Shown piece after piece: positions 1 through 13,103 of a stretch of 64,000 bases of DNA; the stretch's first letter is position 1, and each line of letters starts with the position of its first letter. The DNA is from Octopus vulgaris (lineage: Eukaryota). Below the pieces are notes generated by a model. It ran no database searches and was not told where the DNA came from. It worked only from the letters and a program-made list of their open reading frames with translations. The stretch lies in contig OX597827.1 of assembly GCA_951406725.2 (NCBI GenBank), forward strand, positions 7,688,001-7,752,000. Reading direction: 5' to 3'. The translations under genes and the position numbers were made by a program.

Positions 1-344
1 ATTTCAATAATACTTATGAAAGATTTTTTATTCCGAACAGCTACATCGACCATACTATGACATTCTGTATTATATTTGCAAAGAGACTCAGCATCCAAGA
101 TCACTGCAGTATACAGTTTTCCCGTTTTTGTTACATTGAACAAATTTAAATTTCCACTCTTTTGCAGTTGACTAAATGTTATATGGTTGTACTTATGTAA
201 TATAACATTTTCTAACACGTGAATGTCATCAGCAACATCTCCCACAATGGTGTTGGGTCCTTGACCCTCTTTTATGTGGTAGGTGATATCTGCACTGAAT
301 GACGTCTCGAGAAGAAACATTACGATGGACACTTGTACCAGCAT
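1..344 (-). CDS. Protocadherin, N-terminal part of the large ectodomain exon (signal peptide + EC1); continues beyond the window start
   Basis: Hand translation from the ATG at 344: MLVQVSIVMFLLETSFSADITYHIKEGQGPNTIVGDVADDIHVLENVILHKYNHITFSQLQKSGNLNLFNVTKTGKLYTAVILDAESLCKYNTECHSMVDVAVRNKKSFISIIE, open to position 1. It has a hydrophobic signal peptide, cadherin EC1 hallmarks (Y-x-I-x-E, VGDVA, TGKLYT, LDAE in place of LDRE) and the C-X5-C loop of protocadherin EC1. An in-frame TAA lies upstream of the ATG. Confidence 0.95.
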   Translation of the reverse strand, partial: MLVQVSIVMFLLETSFSADITYHIKEGQGPNTIVGDVADDIHVLENVILHKYNHITFSQLQKSGNLNLFNVTKTGKLYTAVILDAESLCKYNTECHSMVDVAVRNKKSFISIIE

Positions 345-434
345 GTCATCAGAAGATATCCTTATTTGTGTTCTTTACAAAGAATTTGTAAAACATTTGG
401 CTACATGTATATCTGTCACAATTACATGCTTAAT
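345..434 (-). other. 5'UTR part of the protocadherin ectodomain exon, splice acceptor at 436-435
   Basis: Minus strand ttttttttcatataatttcag|ATTAAGC: pyrimidine tract plus CAG, 90 nt upstream of the ATG. Confidence 0.75.
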
Positions 435-606
435 CTGAAATTATATGAAAAAAATGGCAGAAGATTAATATTAGTAAATTATATTTGTATATGATGAGTC
501 GTATCTTAGTTATAGTTCTAGCTGAAATAAGCATCCCAGAATACATTTATTTCTCCATAAGTTCTTTATTATATTCAGTGTTTGAGATTTTGTCCCTAAA
601 TAGTAA

Positions 607-712
607 TACCACTACTACCACCACCACCAACCACCACCACCACCACCACCACCACCACCACCACCATCACCACCACCACCACCACCACCACCACCACCAC
701 CACCATTACCAC
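607..712. repeat. (CAC)n microsatellite
   Basis: Direct reading; it produces the spurious poly-His ORF 485-766. Confidence 0.95.
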
Positions 713-1071
713 TATAAACTATGTGAACAATGTATTCAATCTTTACTCTCCCTTATCACACACTAATTCCGACAAACTTGTTATTTTCCTTCATCTTATT
801 TTATATGCATGTGCATGCAAATAATGTATGCCCATGCATGTGAAATTAATGTGTCCATGCATATAGTTATAAACATTTTGAGTGTTAAACTACGTAAGAA
901 ACTTCCTTTTCCCATCCTTATTATGCCTTAAATTTTCATGAAAGAAAAGAAAATTAGAGAATAAGGTATGTTTTTGCATACATTGGGCCTCAATAAATTG
1001 TGTTAAATATTCTTTGTTTCAATACTGAAACTTGCAAGCAGCAAAATTTATCGGGCAAAAACTATCACTAG

Positions 1072-1273
1072 ATTAACATTTTGTTGAAATATTTCTTTTA
1101 GAATACACTGCCTTTGTTTTAATTAATTATGAAAATAATGAAAGATTTAGTAAAATAACCTTGCTATTATTATTAACCTAATGTGTAGAACAAAAATTAA
1201 CATGAGATTTTAATGGAAGATTTTAATTTAGATGACTTTAAAAAGAAGTTAGCAGTAATAGCAAAAGGGTTAA
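1072..1273. mobile_element. Diverged TTAA-flanked MITE, related to 38628-38856 and 58633-58859
   Basis: Ends gcaaaagggttaa; the internal atttagtaaaataac...ttttaattt block is shared with the other copies. Confidence 0.55.
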
Positions 1274-2819
1274 ATAGCAATTTCTTTTTATTTTGTTGAT
1301 TCATTGTTTCATTTATAAAAATCCCAAGGGATTTTTAATTCCCAGCCTCTAATGTTAGCCTCTGTCATGGTTCTTCAGCCGCAAAATGAGTTATTCACTG
1401 TTTTGCCTGTTTAAACATATTTATGTACGTTTACATGGTAACTTGTAGTCAAAAATAAATGAATTGAAGTCAATTAGATCCAAATAATAATGAAGGAGAA
1501 TAAGAGAATTTTAGAATAAATCTATAATTAGGTTTGAAGAAACAATTGCATTTTAGAATTGAATAAACATGGAGAAGGTAAAATACTAATATAAGTATCA
1601 TGTTATTATATGTATGTATATACTGGATTCAATGCAGCTTGTATGTCGGGAAATGAAATATGAAGTCAGAAGCTAATTTTCATGTAAAATGTGTAACTGA
1701 GCAAACATTCTAAATGTTAACAAAAATAAGAATTATCGGTTATTTTCTTTTTTCAAAGAAAGCACAGAAAAAGAAAAGGTATATGAGAAGTATGTCAAGA
1801 AATATCACAAAATTGCTATAACTAATTAGGATTGATTCTGTTTTCTGTATAGCTGAAATTTACACTTTACTTGTCAGATCTCAAGAGCAACTTCAAAATA
1901 AAAGCTATAATTCTGAGTGGCAGGTTTCAATTAATCCAAGAATGTTAAGTGTGACATTTCAACCAAGTTAATGAAAGATTAGTCAACATTTTCTCAAACT
2001 GAAATTTTATTTTTAACGCCATTGCTATTTAATTTTTTTTTTTTTATGCTACAAATTAAAATTCAAAACTTTCCATGAAAACAATTTTTTTTCCACTTTC
2101 TCTTTTCTGAATTCACAATTTTCTTTTAATCATTGTGTAAATCAGATTCTATTTTCTTCCCAAGTCAATTTCCAATATATCCTATCTGATTATCATTCCA
2201 ATAATGAGAAAGCCCAACAGCAGGTGTTCAAGAGTGTCATAGGCATTGCAGAGTCACGTGGTATAATCTGAATCATGGCGTTATTAATTAGAATGGTTTT
2301 CACAAGAAGTCGCCTTAATTATGTACAACACTGATGTTGTAGTAGTGTAGCAGTATCATTTATGTGACTGGACTAGAATGCATCTAGTTACGGTAGAATT
2401 CCTTCTAAACATCAATCAGCTTAATTGATTGAGATGGAGTTCTACTCTAAACTACTTTCTTCTCTTCCTTCTTCTCTGATTCCAAGCTGCACGAAGCATA
2501 TATCCACTTAAATATTGCAAACAAATTCAAATATACACTCAAGGGTATGAAAATATATCACACTTTGTCCCCAGCCTCAGGTTAAGTAGAAGATTGGGTT
2601 CATTTACTTTGCATTAAGCTGCAGACTGTCGGTTACACATTTGCAACATACTACACTGACTTAATCTCATTAACAGAATAGAGAACAACTTGTTATTTCA
2701 CTTCAGGGATATTTCAAATTGAAATCAATAGCTTTTATTTAACTTTGTTTACTGTATATTTCAAACATTTATGAAAGGACACATTTCTAAATGATTATTT
2801 TATTAAATAATTAGGTGAT

Positions 2820-2918
2820 ACATATGCAACGCACATATACATGTCTAACTAATATATATGTACATACATGCATATATGTGCATATACATACTCACACACA
2901 GACACACAAATATATATA

Positions 2919-2952
<34 letters not shown>

Positions 2953-3360
2953 TACATATATATGTATACATATGTATATAGATATATGTATATCTATCTA
3001 TATATATATGTATGTATGTATGTATTTATATATATGTATATATGTATATATGTATATATATGTATATACATATATACATGTATATATGTATGTATATATA
3101 TATAGATAGATATAGATATATATACATATACATTTATATATATATGCATGTATATGTATATATAAATATATATGCATATAGTATATATATATATATATAT
3201 ACATACATACATACATATATATGTATATATGTATGTATGTATATATATATATGTGTATATATGTATGCATATATATATATATACACACATATATATGTGT
3301 ACGTGTGTGAGTGTGTGTGTGCGTATGTGTGTGTTTATAAATACATGCATACATACACAG
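2820..3360. repeat. Compound (TA)n/(TG)n/(TATG)n microsatellite
   Basis: Direct reading. Confidence 0.95.
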
Positions 3361-3729
3361 GGAGAAAGAGAGAGTGAGAAAGTGAGAGCTGACCGAGAAA
3401 GTTAAAAGACTCTTAAAAATCTATTTACACTTAGACATCTTTAAAATCAAGTGCTTATCTCGTCGGATTAGAGAAACAGCTGAAGCTTGAACAATGGTGG
3501 ATGATAGTGAAATGAGTATTTGGGCCATTAAATGCTTTTAGTGATGGAAAAAAAAATCAAAAAAAAAAACCATAAATCCACTGTAGGAATTGCTTGCTGT
3601 TGTTATCAGATAATTTGTTGACTGTGATGTCTGTTTGGTTTCACTGGAGATTTTGCTTTTTTTATTCCCTTGGTGTGTGTTGTCTGCCTTCAGCTTACAA
3701 CTGTCCATGGGAGAGCTTATCAGGGCCAT

Positions 3730-3950
3730 CATTATCATCATCATTAACGTCCAATTCTCATGCCGGCATGGGTTAGATGGTTTGAATGGACCTGGTAAGC
3801 TGGAGGGCTGCACGAAGTCCCAGTCTCATTTGGCATGGTTTCCACAACAGGATGGCCTTCCTAATACCAACCACTCCAAGAGTGTAACGGCTGCTTATTT
3901 ATGCATCTCTGGCACAGGTACCATTTACATAACACTGGCGACGGCCATGA
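3730..3950 (-). mobile_element. Retroposon 3' end, family D ((GAT)n tail), diverged
   Basis: Reverse complement of the ggttggtgttaggaagggcatcc...aacccatgc...ggacgttaa(tga)n module at 9345-9690. Confidence 0.75.
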
Positions 3951-6203
3951 CTTAAATCTGAAAAGAATGCTAGTTTGTTGTAAGGGTAACTCCGGATAGT
4001 ACCGGTACCCACTTTCAGCTGAGTTTGCTGGAACAAAGTGAACTGAAATGTTTTGTTTAAGGATACAATGTTCCTCCTGGTTTGGGAATTGAATCTGGGG
4101 TCTAATGATTGTGAAAACTAGCACCTTAACCACTAAGCTATACACCCTCTCAGGTGTGTATGTTAGAGCAGAAAAAATGGTAGAGTGAATGAAAACTTTT
4201 TTTGTAGTATTTAGTTATGTTCTTTGCTTGGATGCAGAATGTTACCAATGAACAACTCTGTGGGAATTTCTCTCAGTTGACAAATGAGATAGAAGGAAAG
4301 GAGCTGTAGGTTGTCAGGTTGTACACTGTGTGAGACATCCAGTACAGCCAGCTCCTAGCTGACAAGCTGTCGTTATCTATGGCCCCAACCCAATGCATTG
4401 TAGGGTGACCCAAGGATGTTCTTTCAAAGCTATGGTTAAAACGCCATCATGGAATATACTTGTACTATGACTGTTGATCAATTTAGGGCACCAGTAACAA
4501 TGGAATGAGATGTGTAGCAATATCATGCATGGCAGAAATTACAAGTTGATGGTGGTGGTGGTGGTGGTGGTGGTGGTGGTAGTGGTCTTTTTTTTCCTGT
4601 TGAGTTCGAATCTGGCAGTAAGCAACTTTGAATTTCATTCTTTCAAGATCCTTACATATGCATTGTTGGATCTTTTACATAAATTCTTCCTAAATATTTG
4701 TCTTTGCACCAGTCTTTGAAGAAATCCTTATTTATTACATAAATTAGGAATGGTTGTGCCAACTTTTCATATTGGACAATGCTGCACATTCTAAAGACAA
4801 GCCTAGTTAATTAAATATGACCCCAATACTTGACTTGTATTACTAGAATGAGGAAATGCAAAAATAAACCCTTGAAGGGTGTAGGACCGAGTTGGCCACA
4901 TTGGGATTTGAACTCAATTATTGTAAAGCATTTGTCTGACTCTCTAAAGATTCAGCTAATCCACTGACTTAAGTTTATAATTTAAGCACAAGGCCTGCAG
5001 TTTTTGAAGGGAGGTAACTGTGATTAACTAATACCATTGACACCAGTACTTGGATAATATTTTATTTTGCAAGCCCATGGCTGAGTTTGAACTCATAATT
5101 CCAAGAGTTGGAACATATATCACGAGGTATTTTGTTAGACAATTTAATGCTGTGAATAATAATTTTTAATATAAGCTCACAGTTTCGGTATTTACTGGTA
5201 TATATTTTAATGACTGCAGAAGGATAAAAAGCAAAGCTAGTCTTAGTCTTCTGTTATAATTTCATTCACATCTACAATAATTTTAAGGAAGGGTATCAGT
5301 AAATGGGTTTCAGTACTTGTGGTCTGGTATTTCATTTTATCAATCCCAAAAGGAATGAAATGTGTAGCTGTCATTGGTAGGACTTGAACTCAGAATCTAA
5401 ACAGACAAAACAAATACTGCCAAGTATTTTGTCCAATGGTCAAATGAATCTACGAATCCATCACCCTGTTAATAGTTGTGATAATGGTAATAATAATGAT
5501 TTTTAACATTGGCATAAGATCAAAAGTGTTGAGGACAGACTGTCAATTACAACAACAAAAACAATTACAACAACAATAAACACAAAATTAGATAAATAAA
5601 ACATTAAAATATACACCATAAAACGTTCTTTTTGTTTTTTTAATATTTGCTTTTCTTTCCAAGAAAACTTTATAGTTGATTTCCATCCCTGGGTTTGTCG
5701 TGACCAAGCAAAGCTGCGATCTAACTTACTCTGATGGTGATTATCTCATCATTTCAAGAGTATTCAGGATTAAATTATCTAATGTGTCCCCCCTGCTTTT
5801 TAAGATAGTAAGGTATGATGAGACACTTTACCTGCTATTTCTAGCAGACCAACAGATCATAGTGTGGCTTCCTCGTTGGATGAATTACTGCAGAGAGAGA
5901 GAGAGAGAGAGAGGTTGTATTGTTATGTCTACAATACTTGATCACAATGTCTTTAATAATTAACAATGGTATAACAATCTGTCTACAGTGTGGTGTATTA
6001 TTCATCATAAACCATAAAAGATTATATAAATATAGCCATAACTACAATAACCCGGTATTGTGTACAACAAAGTAGGTATTGGGATATTCTGCCAAGAAAT
6101 AAAAATGGAGACAGGGACAAAAATAAAATTACAATAAATTGGATAAAAAAAAAATACATAAAAAATTATCATTCTATTTTTCTGGTTTTTATTCACTGTC
6201 ATC

Positions 6204-6600
6204 ATGACCGTGATCATCGTTATCATCACCATCATCACCATCACCAGCACCACCACCAAAAATACCACCACCACCAAAAATACCACCACCACTATTATTA
6301 CTACCACCAGAAGCAGCATCACCACCACCACCACCACCACCACCACCACCACCACCACCACCACCACAACCACCACCACCACCACCACCACCACCACCAC
6401 CACCACCACCACCACCACCACCATCATCATCGTTCAACTTTTGTTTTTCCATACTGATGGATTGGACAGTTTGATAGGATCTGGAAAGCTGCATTGAGTC
6501 CCAAAGTCAGGTTTAGCATGATTTTTTTATGAATGGATACCCTTCCTTATGCCAACCACTTTACAGTGTGTTCTTGTTGCTTTTCTCATTCCACTGGTAC
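6204..6600 (-). repeat. (CAC)n/(CAT)n microsatellite abutting a diverged family D 3' end
   Basis: Long CAC run followed by cgttcaac...ggatacccttccttatgccaaccac. Confidence 0.75.
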
Positions 6601-6763
6601 CAATGAGAGTGCCAGGTAAGCAAGACAGGTGAAAGAAACAGGATAAGGAAGAATAAAAGAAATGCTTCGATGACTGAATGTGTGCATGGGGAACATGGCT
6701 TTGTACGAGGATTTGAGAAGCTAAAGTATGATAAAAGGACAAGTTGTTAAAATTAGTGAATAG

Positions 6764-7160
6764 AGGCACGGAGTGGCTGTGTGGTAAGCAGCTTGCTTAC
6801 CAACCACGTGGTTCCGGGTTCAGTCCCACTGCGTGGCACCTTGGGCAAGTGTCTTCTACTATAGCCTCAGGCCGACCAAAACCTTGTGAGTGGATTTGGT
6901 AGATGGAAACTGAAAGAAGCCCGTCGTATATATGTATATGTATATATATATATATGTGTGTGTTTGTGTGCCTGTGTTTGTCCCCAGCATCGCTTGACAA
7001 CCGATGCTGGTATGTTTACGTCCCTGTAACTTAGCGGTTTGTCAAAAGAGACCGATTGAACAAGTACTAGGCTTACAAAGAATAAGTCCTGGGGTCGATT
7101 TGCTCGACTAAAGGCGGTGCTCCAGCATGACTGAAACAAGTAAAAGAGTAAAGAGTAAAG
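6764..7160 (+). mobile_element. tRNA-derived SINE, family A (older subtype)
   Basis: A-box tggctgtgtgg, B-box-like gggttcagtccc, internal (TA)/(TG) tract, tail gtaaaagagtaaagag; more than ten copies in the window. Confidence 0.92.
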
Positions 7161-7924
7161 AGAGAAGACTAAGACTAACTTAACATTTAAGCCGAGTACT
7201 CATCAACTACTAAGCCCTACCTATTTTTAGCTTGTGTCTAGCAACAGAGAAAATGTCTTGGGATACTTGGTCAGGCCTTCTTCATTCTGATTTGAATCAT
7301 ACTGAGGTAAACATTGTTTTTCATCTTTCTGGGATTGATAAATTGAGGTACTGGTTAAAATTCGGAACTGATTTTATTGACCATCTTTGTGTAAAACCTT
7401 AATAACAAGCCAAAGAGGAAGCCAATTTGTAAGGAAGAGGAGTAAAGTCTCTCTCATATCACTATCCACAGTCATGCCCCCCCCAAAAACAAACAAACAA
7501 AAAAGAGTTTATATTGAATAAAGCATTCAAAATAGAATAAAGATGTACAATACAGAATAAAGCTATATGAAAAAGAGGGATGGTCATGAATGGAACAACT
7601 GTAATAAGATATTTGTTTGATCAGGGCTGAGCTAGGTGGAGGGTATATACAACAGAATTAAACTCAGCAAGTTTTATGCCTTAAAAAATCGATTGTAATC
7701 TTTGTAAAATTTCACTGTTTTATTGTCATTAATTAAGCAGTGTAATTAAAGTTCTACTCATATGTAAGTTAAAAATTTTAATTTATATTGTTTTTTTTTT
7801 GTTTTTTTTGGCTTATTATTGAAAATACTTTGGATTAAGAGGGACAGAGATTACAGTCGTATTTATTTAGATGGGATTGCTTCAATGATTGCTAAATTTC
7901 CTTTCTAAAAATTTCCATTCTGTC

Positions 7925-8345
7925 ACTATTTTGCAATTTTGGGTTCAGTTCCATTGCCCAGCAGCTCATCATGCAAGTGTCTTCTACCATGGCCCCTTAT
8001 TGATTAATGCCTTGTGCTGGAATTTGGTAGATGAAAACTGTGTGGAAACCCATCACACACACACACAAACACACATACACACATACACACACACACATAC
8101 ACACACACACAAACAAACACACACACACATACACACGTGCGCGCATGTGTGTGTGTGTGGTTTTATGCTTGCATTTGTCACCTCCTAGCAACCACTTGGC
8201 AACCAGTGTTTGTTTGCATCCCAATAACTTGACTGACACAATAAATACAGACTTAGAAAATATTAAATACTGCATACAATTTATTCAACTAAATACTTCA
8301 AGACAATGCTCTAACATGGCCACAGTCCAGTGACTAAAACAAGTA
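7925..8345 (+). mobile_element. SINE family A, highly diverged
   Basis: gggttcagttcc...atttggtagatgaaaactg...catggccacagtccagtgactaaaacaagtaaa. Confidence 0.7.
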
Positions 8346-8854
8346 AATAATAAAAAAAATTTCAAGCTCTGCCTGGTCATGAAATTGAACCCATGACTTT
8401 ATAATCATGAACCAAATACCCGAACCACTAGATCACATGCTTTACACAGAATGTCTTGGTAAAAAAATGATAAGATTTTCATTCTATTTCGCATAACAAG
8501 ATGTGTCTGATGAATGAAATAAACCTATAAGAAATTACTCTGATGACAGAAATATATTAAAGTCGAATTACAAGATAAACTATTTCACTTAATCGAAGCT
8601 CATTGTAATCATGCAGAAATGATTCAGGTCTATTTTAAAACCATGAAGTATTGATTTCATAATCTTTATCCATCAAGTAGTAGTTGTACTTATTTAGAAC
8701 AGGAATGAATTGAGAAGAAAGTCCAGGCTGACAAGAAAACCTCACAGCGGTCGATCCATTTGCTAGAAATAGTAGCCAGGTCACCTTCTAGCAAAATTAT
8801 TCTATCATAAAAAGGCATAGATCGTATAATGTAGTCAAAGCTATTTTTATCGTT

Positions 8855-9245
8855 TATCTTTTGCTTGTTTCAGTCACTGGACTTCAGCTGGAGAACTGTC
8901 CTGAAGGATCTGGTCAAGCAAATTGACCACAGTACTTATTTAAGCTTAGTAATTAGTCTATTGGTCTCTTTTGCCAAATTGCTAACACGGAGGGTATGAA
9001 CAAACCAACACCAGCTGTCAGGTGGCTGGGTGAAGGATAAAAACAAACTCCAAGATACACAAGCATGCACACACACACGCACACACACAATGGTCTTCCA
9101 CAAAGTTTCTGTCAATCAAATTCATTAACAAGATTTGGTGAATGTGGGGCTACATATAATAGAAGAGATGTGGTGCAGCGAGATTGAACCTGAAACCACA
9201 TGACTGCAAAGTGAGCTTGTTAACCATACAGCCATGTCTATGCCT
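8855..9245 (-). mobile_element. SINE family A, highly diverged
   Basis: ttgtttcagtcactgg...ggtctcttttgcc...taaccatacagccat. Confidence 0.7.
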
Positions 9246-9344
9246 ACTCTTAAAAAGAATATAACAATGCAGTCATAAATGGAATACAGTCGCAGTTCAT
9301 ACTTGATCAGGGCTAATGTAGAATATAACACTGATATCCTTGAC

Positions 9345-9690
9345 TGACCACTGTGCCAGTGGCATGTAAAAAGCACCATCCGATTGTGGCCGTTTGCTAG
9401 CCTCGCCTGGCACCTGTGCTGGTGGCACGTAAAAAGCACCAACTGATCATGGCCATTGCCAGCCTCGCCTGGCACCTGTGCTGGTGGCACGTAAAAAGTG
9501 CCCACTACGCTCACAGAGTGGTTGGTGTTAGGAAGGGCATCCAGCTGTAGAAACACTGACAGAACAGACTGGAGCCTGGTGCAGCCTTCTGGCTTCCCAG
9601 ACCCCTGTCAAACCGTCCAACCCATGCTAGCATGGAAAACGGACGTTAAACGATGATGATGATGATGAGGAGGAGGAGGAGGAGGATGAT
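9345..9690 (+). mobile_element. Retroposon 3' end, family D, with internal ~60-nt tandem repeats and (GAT)n tail
   Basis: Three tgtgcYrgtggcaygtaaaaag units, then ggttggtgttaggaagggcatccagc...ggacgttaaacgatgatgat; closely similar to 44090-44610. Confidence 0.85.
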
Positions 9691-10073
9691 GGATTCTGTC
9701 CAGTAGTTCTGTGTTGCAACAAGTCTGCATGAACAAAGAAACAAAGAAGGACATCATCCCATTATGCTAATCTTCCCACAGATGACTCTAAACTGAAATC
9801 TTAAAAAAAAAGGTTCTTGTTATATACAATGACATTGTGGTCATGGCTAGAGGAACTTTTCACCATAGCTCTTACTTGATTAGGGCTGAAAGATTTGGGG
9901 CTAAAAAATAACAACAACAACTAGGACATTTACATATTTTGATGAAACAAACATCTGCCTTTTTTTCTGTTTTATTGCTGTTTGAGAAATATTTCTATCT
10001 TCGAACATAACAATCGATTTCCATTTCCTTGAATGGTTTTAAAGCCTTCTAACAGGAGCAGAATAAAATACAT

Positions 10074-10241
10074 AGATGTAGGAGTGGCTGTGTGGTAAGT
10101 AGCTTGCTTATGAACCACATGGTTCCGGGTTCAGTCCCACTGCATGGCACCTTGGGCAAGTGTCTTCTACTATAGCCTTGGGTCAACCAAAGCCTTGTGA
10201 GTGGATTTGGTAGACAGAAACTGAAAGAAGCCCATCGTATA

Positions 10242-10290
<49 letters not shown>

Positions 10291-10525
10291 ATATGTTTGT
10301 GTGTCTGTGTTTGCCCCCCCCCCCCCAACATCGCGTGACAACTGATGATGGTGTGTTTACGTCCCCGTAACTTAGCAGTTCAGCAAAAGAGACCGATAGA
10401 ATAAGTACTAGGCTTACAAAGAATAAGTCCTGTGGTCGATTTGCTCGACTAAAGACAGTGCTCCAACATGGCCACAATCAAATGACTGAAACAAGTAAAA
10501 GAGTAAAAGAGTAAAAGAGTAAAAG
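10074..10525 (+). mobile_element. SINE family A, full length
   Basis: Same head, body and (gtaaaaga)n tail as the other copies. Confidence 0.92.
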
Positions 10526-12889
10526 AATATATCACTATTCACTATGGCTGGAGTGTCTTTTGATCATAGCTCTTACTTCATTAGGGCAGATTGACTTGGG
10601 GTGGGGGCTAAACAACAAGAATAACTACAACAAGAATAACTAGGACATTTACATATTCAGATGAAACAAACATCTGCTTCTTTTTCTGTTTGATTACTGT
10701 TTGTGAAAGATTTCCATGTTCAAACTAAATTCTTCCTTGATTATTTTATCTGCAATTTGTACTACCTTTACATGATGGTAAAGGAACTGGATAATATGAT
10801 GAAATTAAGTTCGTAATTGATTGGGAAATAATATTTCAGTCAACAAAATCATCATCATTGTCATCCTCACCATCATCATCAACGTTTCTATCAATGATGC
10901 CACCACCATTTTTCAGCTTCACCACATTTTTGGTCGCATTCTTCCCAATATTTCATCAAATTAATACCTGGGTTTTTTTTTGTTTTCTTTTGTGTATTTT
11001 TCTTATTTTTTATTCTACTGGCATGGGTTGGATAGGTCTTCATATTGGCATATTGCCATTGCTTCTAATCCTGCATAATTTTGTCTGTGAGACTCCAACA
11101 TCTGGGAAACCAGACTTCAGCAATTTTCTTTGTGTTCCTTGGTCACATGGTGGATATTGCTTATTATGTAGGCTAAATGTCTACATAATAGTATACGGAA
11201 AAATATCTGAACAAATGATATAAATATATATGTGTGTGTGTGGATTTAGTGAAGCTTGGCATTGCAGATATCTCAAACAGAGACAGAGGAAGAGTTGGAG
11301 AATAAGTCTACAGAAAGAGATAATCATTGATTAATGAAATAAAATCCGGAAATCAAGGTGAATTTTCTTATTGTTTCTCCAGAATTACATAAGTGTGTGT
11401 GTCTATATATATGTGAAAGTATGTGTATGTGTGTGTGTGTGAGTATATAAAAGTTTGTGCGTATGTATCTGTGTGTGTGTGTATATATGTATGTGTGTAT
11501 GTATGTATTCTGAAAGTCGATCAACGTTTATCAATGTTTATGTGTATATATGCTTGCATGCATGCTGATATATGCCTGTGCTGTATAAATGCATATATCA
11601 TCAATGATATTATTGACACAGGAATACATACACATTCCTACGCATATACACACTGATGGACCCAGATACATACACAAACACAACCCGATTCATATAATAT
11701 AGCATTTTATTAAAATCATTTCAATTAATGTTATCTGTATATCATTTTATATTTTCGCAAACTTCCAAGTATCTGAGAGTGCATTTTCTGACTTCATTCC
11801 AAAGATTATTGCTGATTAGAATTCTATTACTGATAATGTCAGGAACAATCAAAAGCAGCAGGACTCTTCAGTTGATTACTGCAGTCTAATATTGGCAATG
11901 GCTCCAACAGATCCATAATCTACAATGCACATTGATGATTGTGACAGTGAGTTTGTTCAAACAATTGCTACTGGTAGTTGTGGTAGTGGTTTTGGTTGTG
12001 GTGGTGGTATTGGTAATGGTGATAATGATGATGGTGATGGTAGAGTAGATGGTGATGGTGGAGTGGATAGTGGAGATGGTGACGGTGATGGCAAAGATGA
12101 TGTCAGTGACAACATTAGCATTCAGACAATATAAGATTAAATTACAATAGAATAAGGTAGGGAATGTATATGGCAAATACAAACATTTGGAAGAGTTTCA
12201 ATAGATATATAAAAATATATAAATCAATAAAGATTATTACCAAAGATTATATATATATATATATATATTTAAATTAATTAATAGGAAAAATATTTTTGAA
12301 AGATATGTTGTCTTTTTCTATTTCTTTGTTTTCAATTCTTTTTGCCGTGTCCTAAGAAACTTGGCCAGATTAAAACAAAAATATTTTTTTTTTAAAGATA
12401 AACTATAAAAACAAAATATTATGAAGAGAGTGAAAATTCAGAGTTAATCAGTCTGCCACAGCAGTTATGATAGGAAGTTAATGGCAACGAAGCTAGATTA
12501 AAGCAAAACTAAATGAACCACGCATGGCTTCATGTTGTGGAAAGGTCAGCACAGGAGGATGCGAGATAATATGATACAACAGCCATAACTAGTCTACCTT
12601 GAAGCAATGGTCAAACTCATCAGCTGCATTTATACATTGCACTGTTGTTGATGTTCTGGTTGTATTTGTTCTCATTTGAAGTTAGTGCAGCTATATGTCA
12701 AGATGGATTAACTTAGAAGCATAACAATGGATTCCCATTTTCTTGGATGGTTGTAAACCTTTCTGTTAGGAGCAGAATAAAATACTTTATAATATATCAC
12801 TCTTACAAGTTGTACATCTGAACAAGCTATAGCTCTTATATCTGTCTTTCCCTCCTCTGTCCATACAGCTATTTATCTCTCTGTCCCTG

Positions 12890-12916
12890 TGTCCATACAC
12901 ACACACACACACACAC

Positions 12917-12948
<32 letters not shown>

Positions 12949-13054
12949 GTTCATACACACATACACACATATATATATACATATATACACACGCACATAT
13001 ATATATGTATAGATACACACACAAACACATGCACACATACACACATACACATAC

Positions 13055-13103
<49 letters not shown>

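Noticed and set aside
41-139. Plus-strand acceptor and short ORF LHRPYYDILYYICK...
   Set aside because: It is the antisense shadow of the protocadherin CDS.
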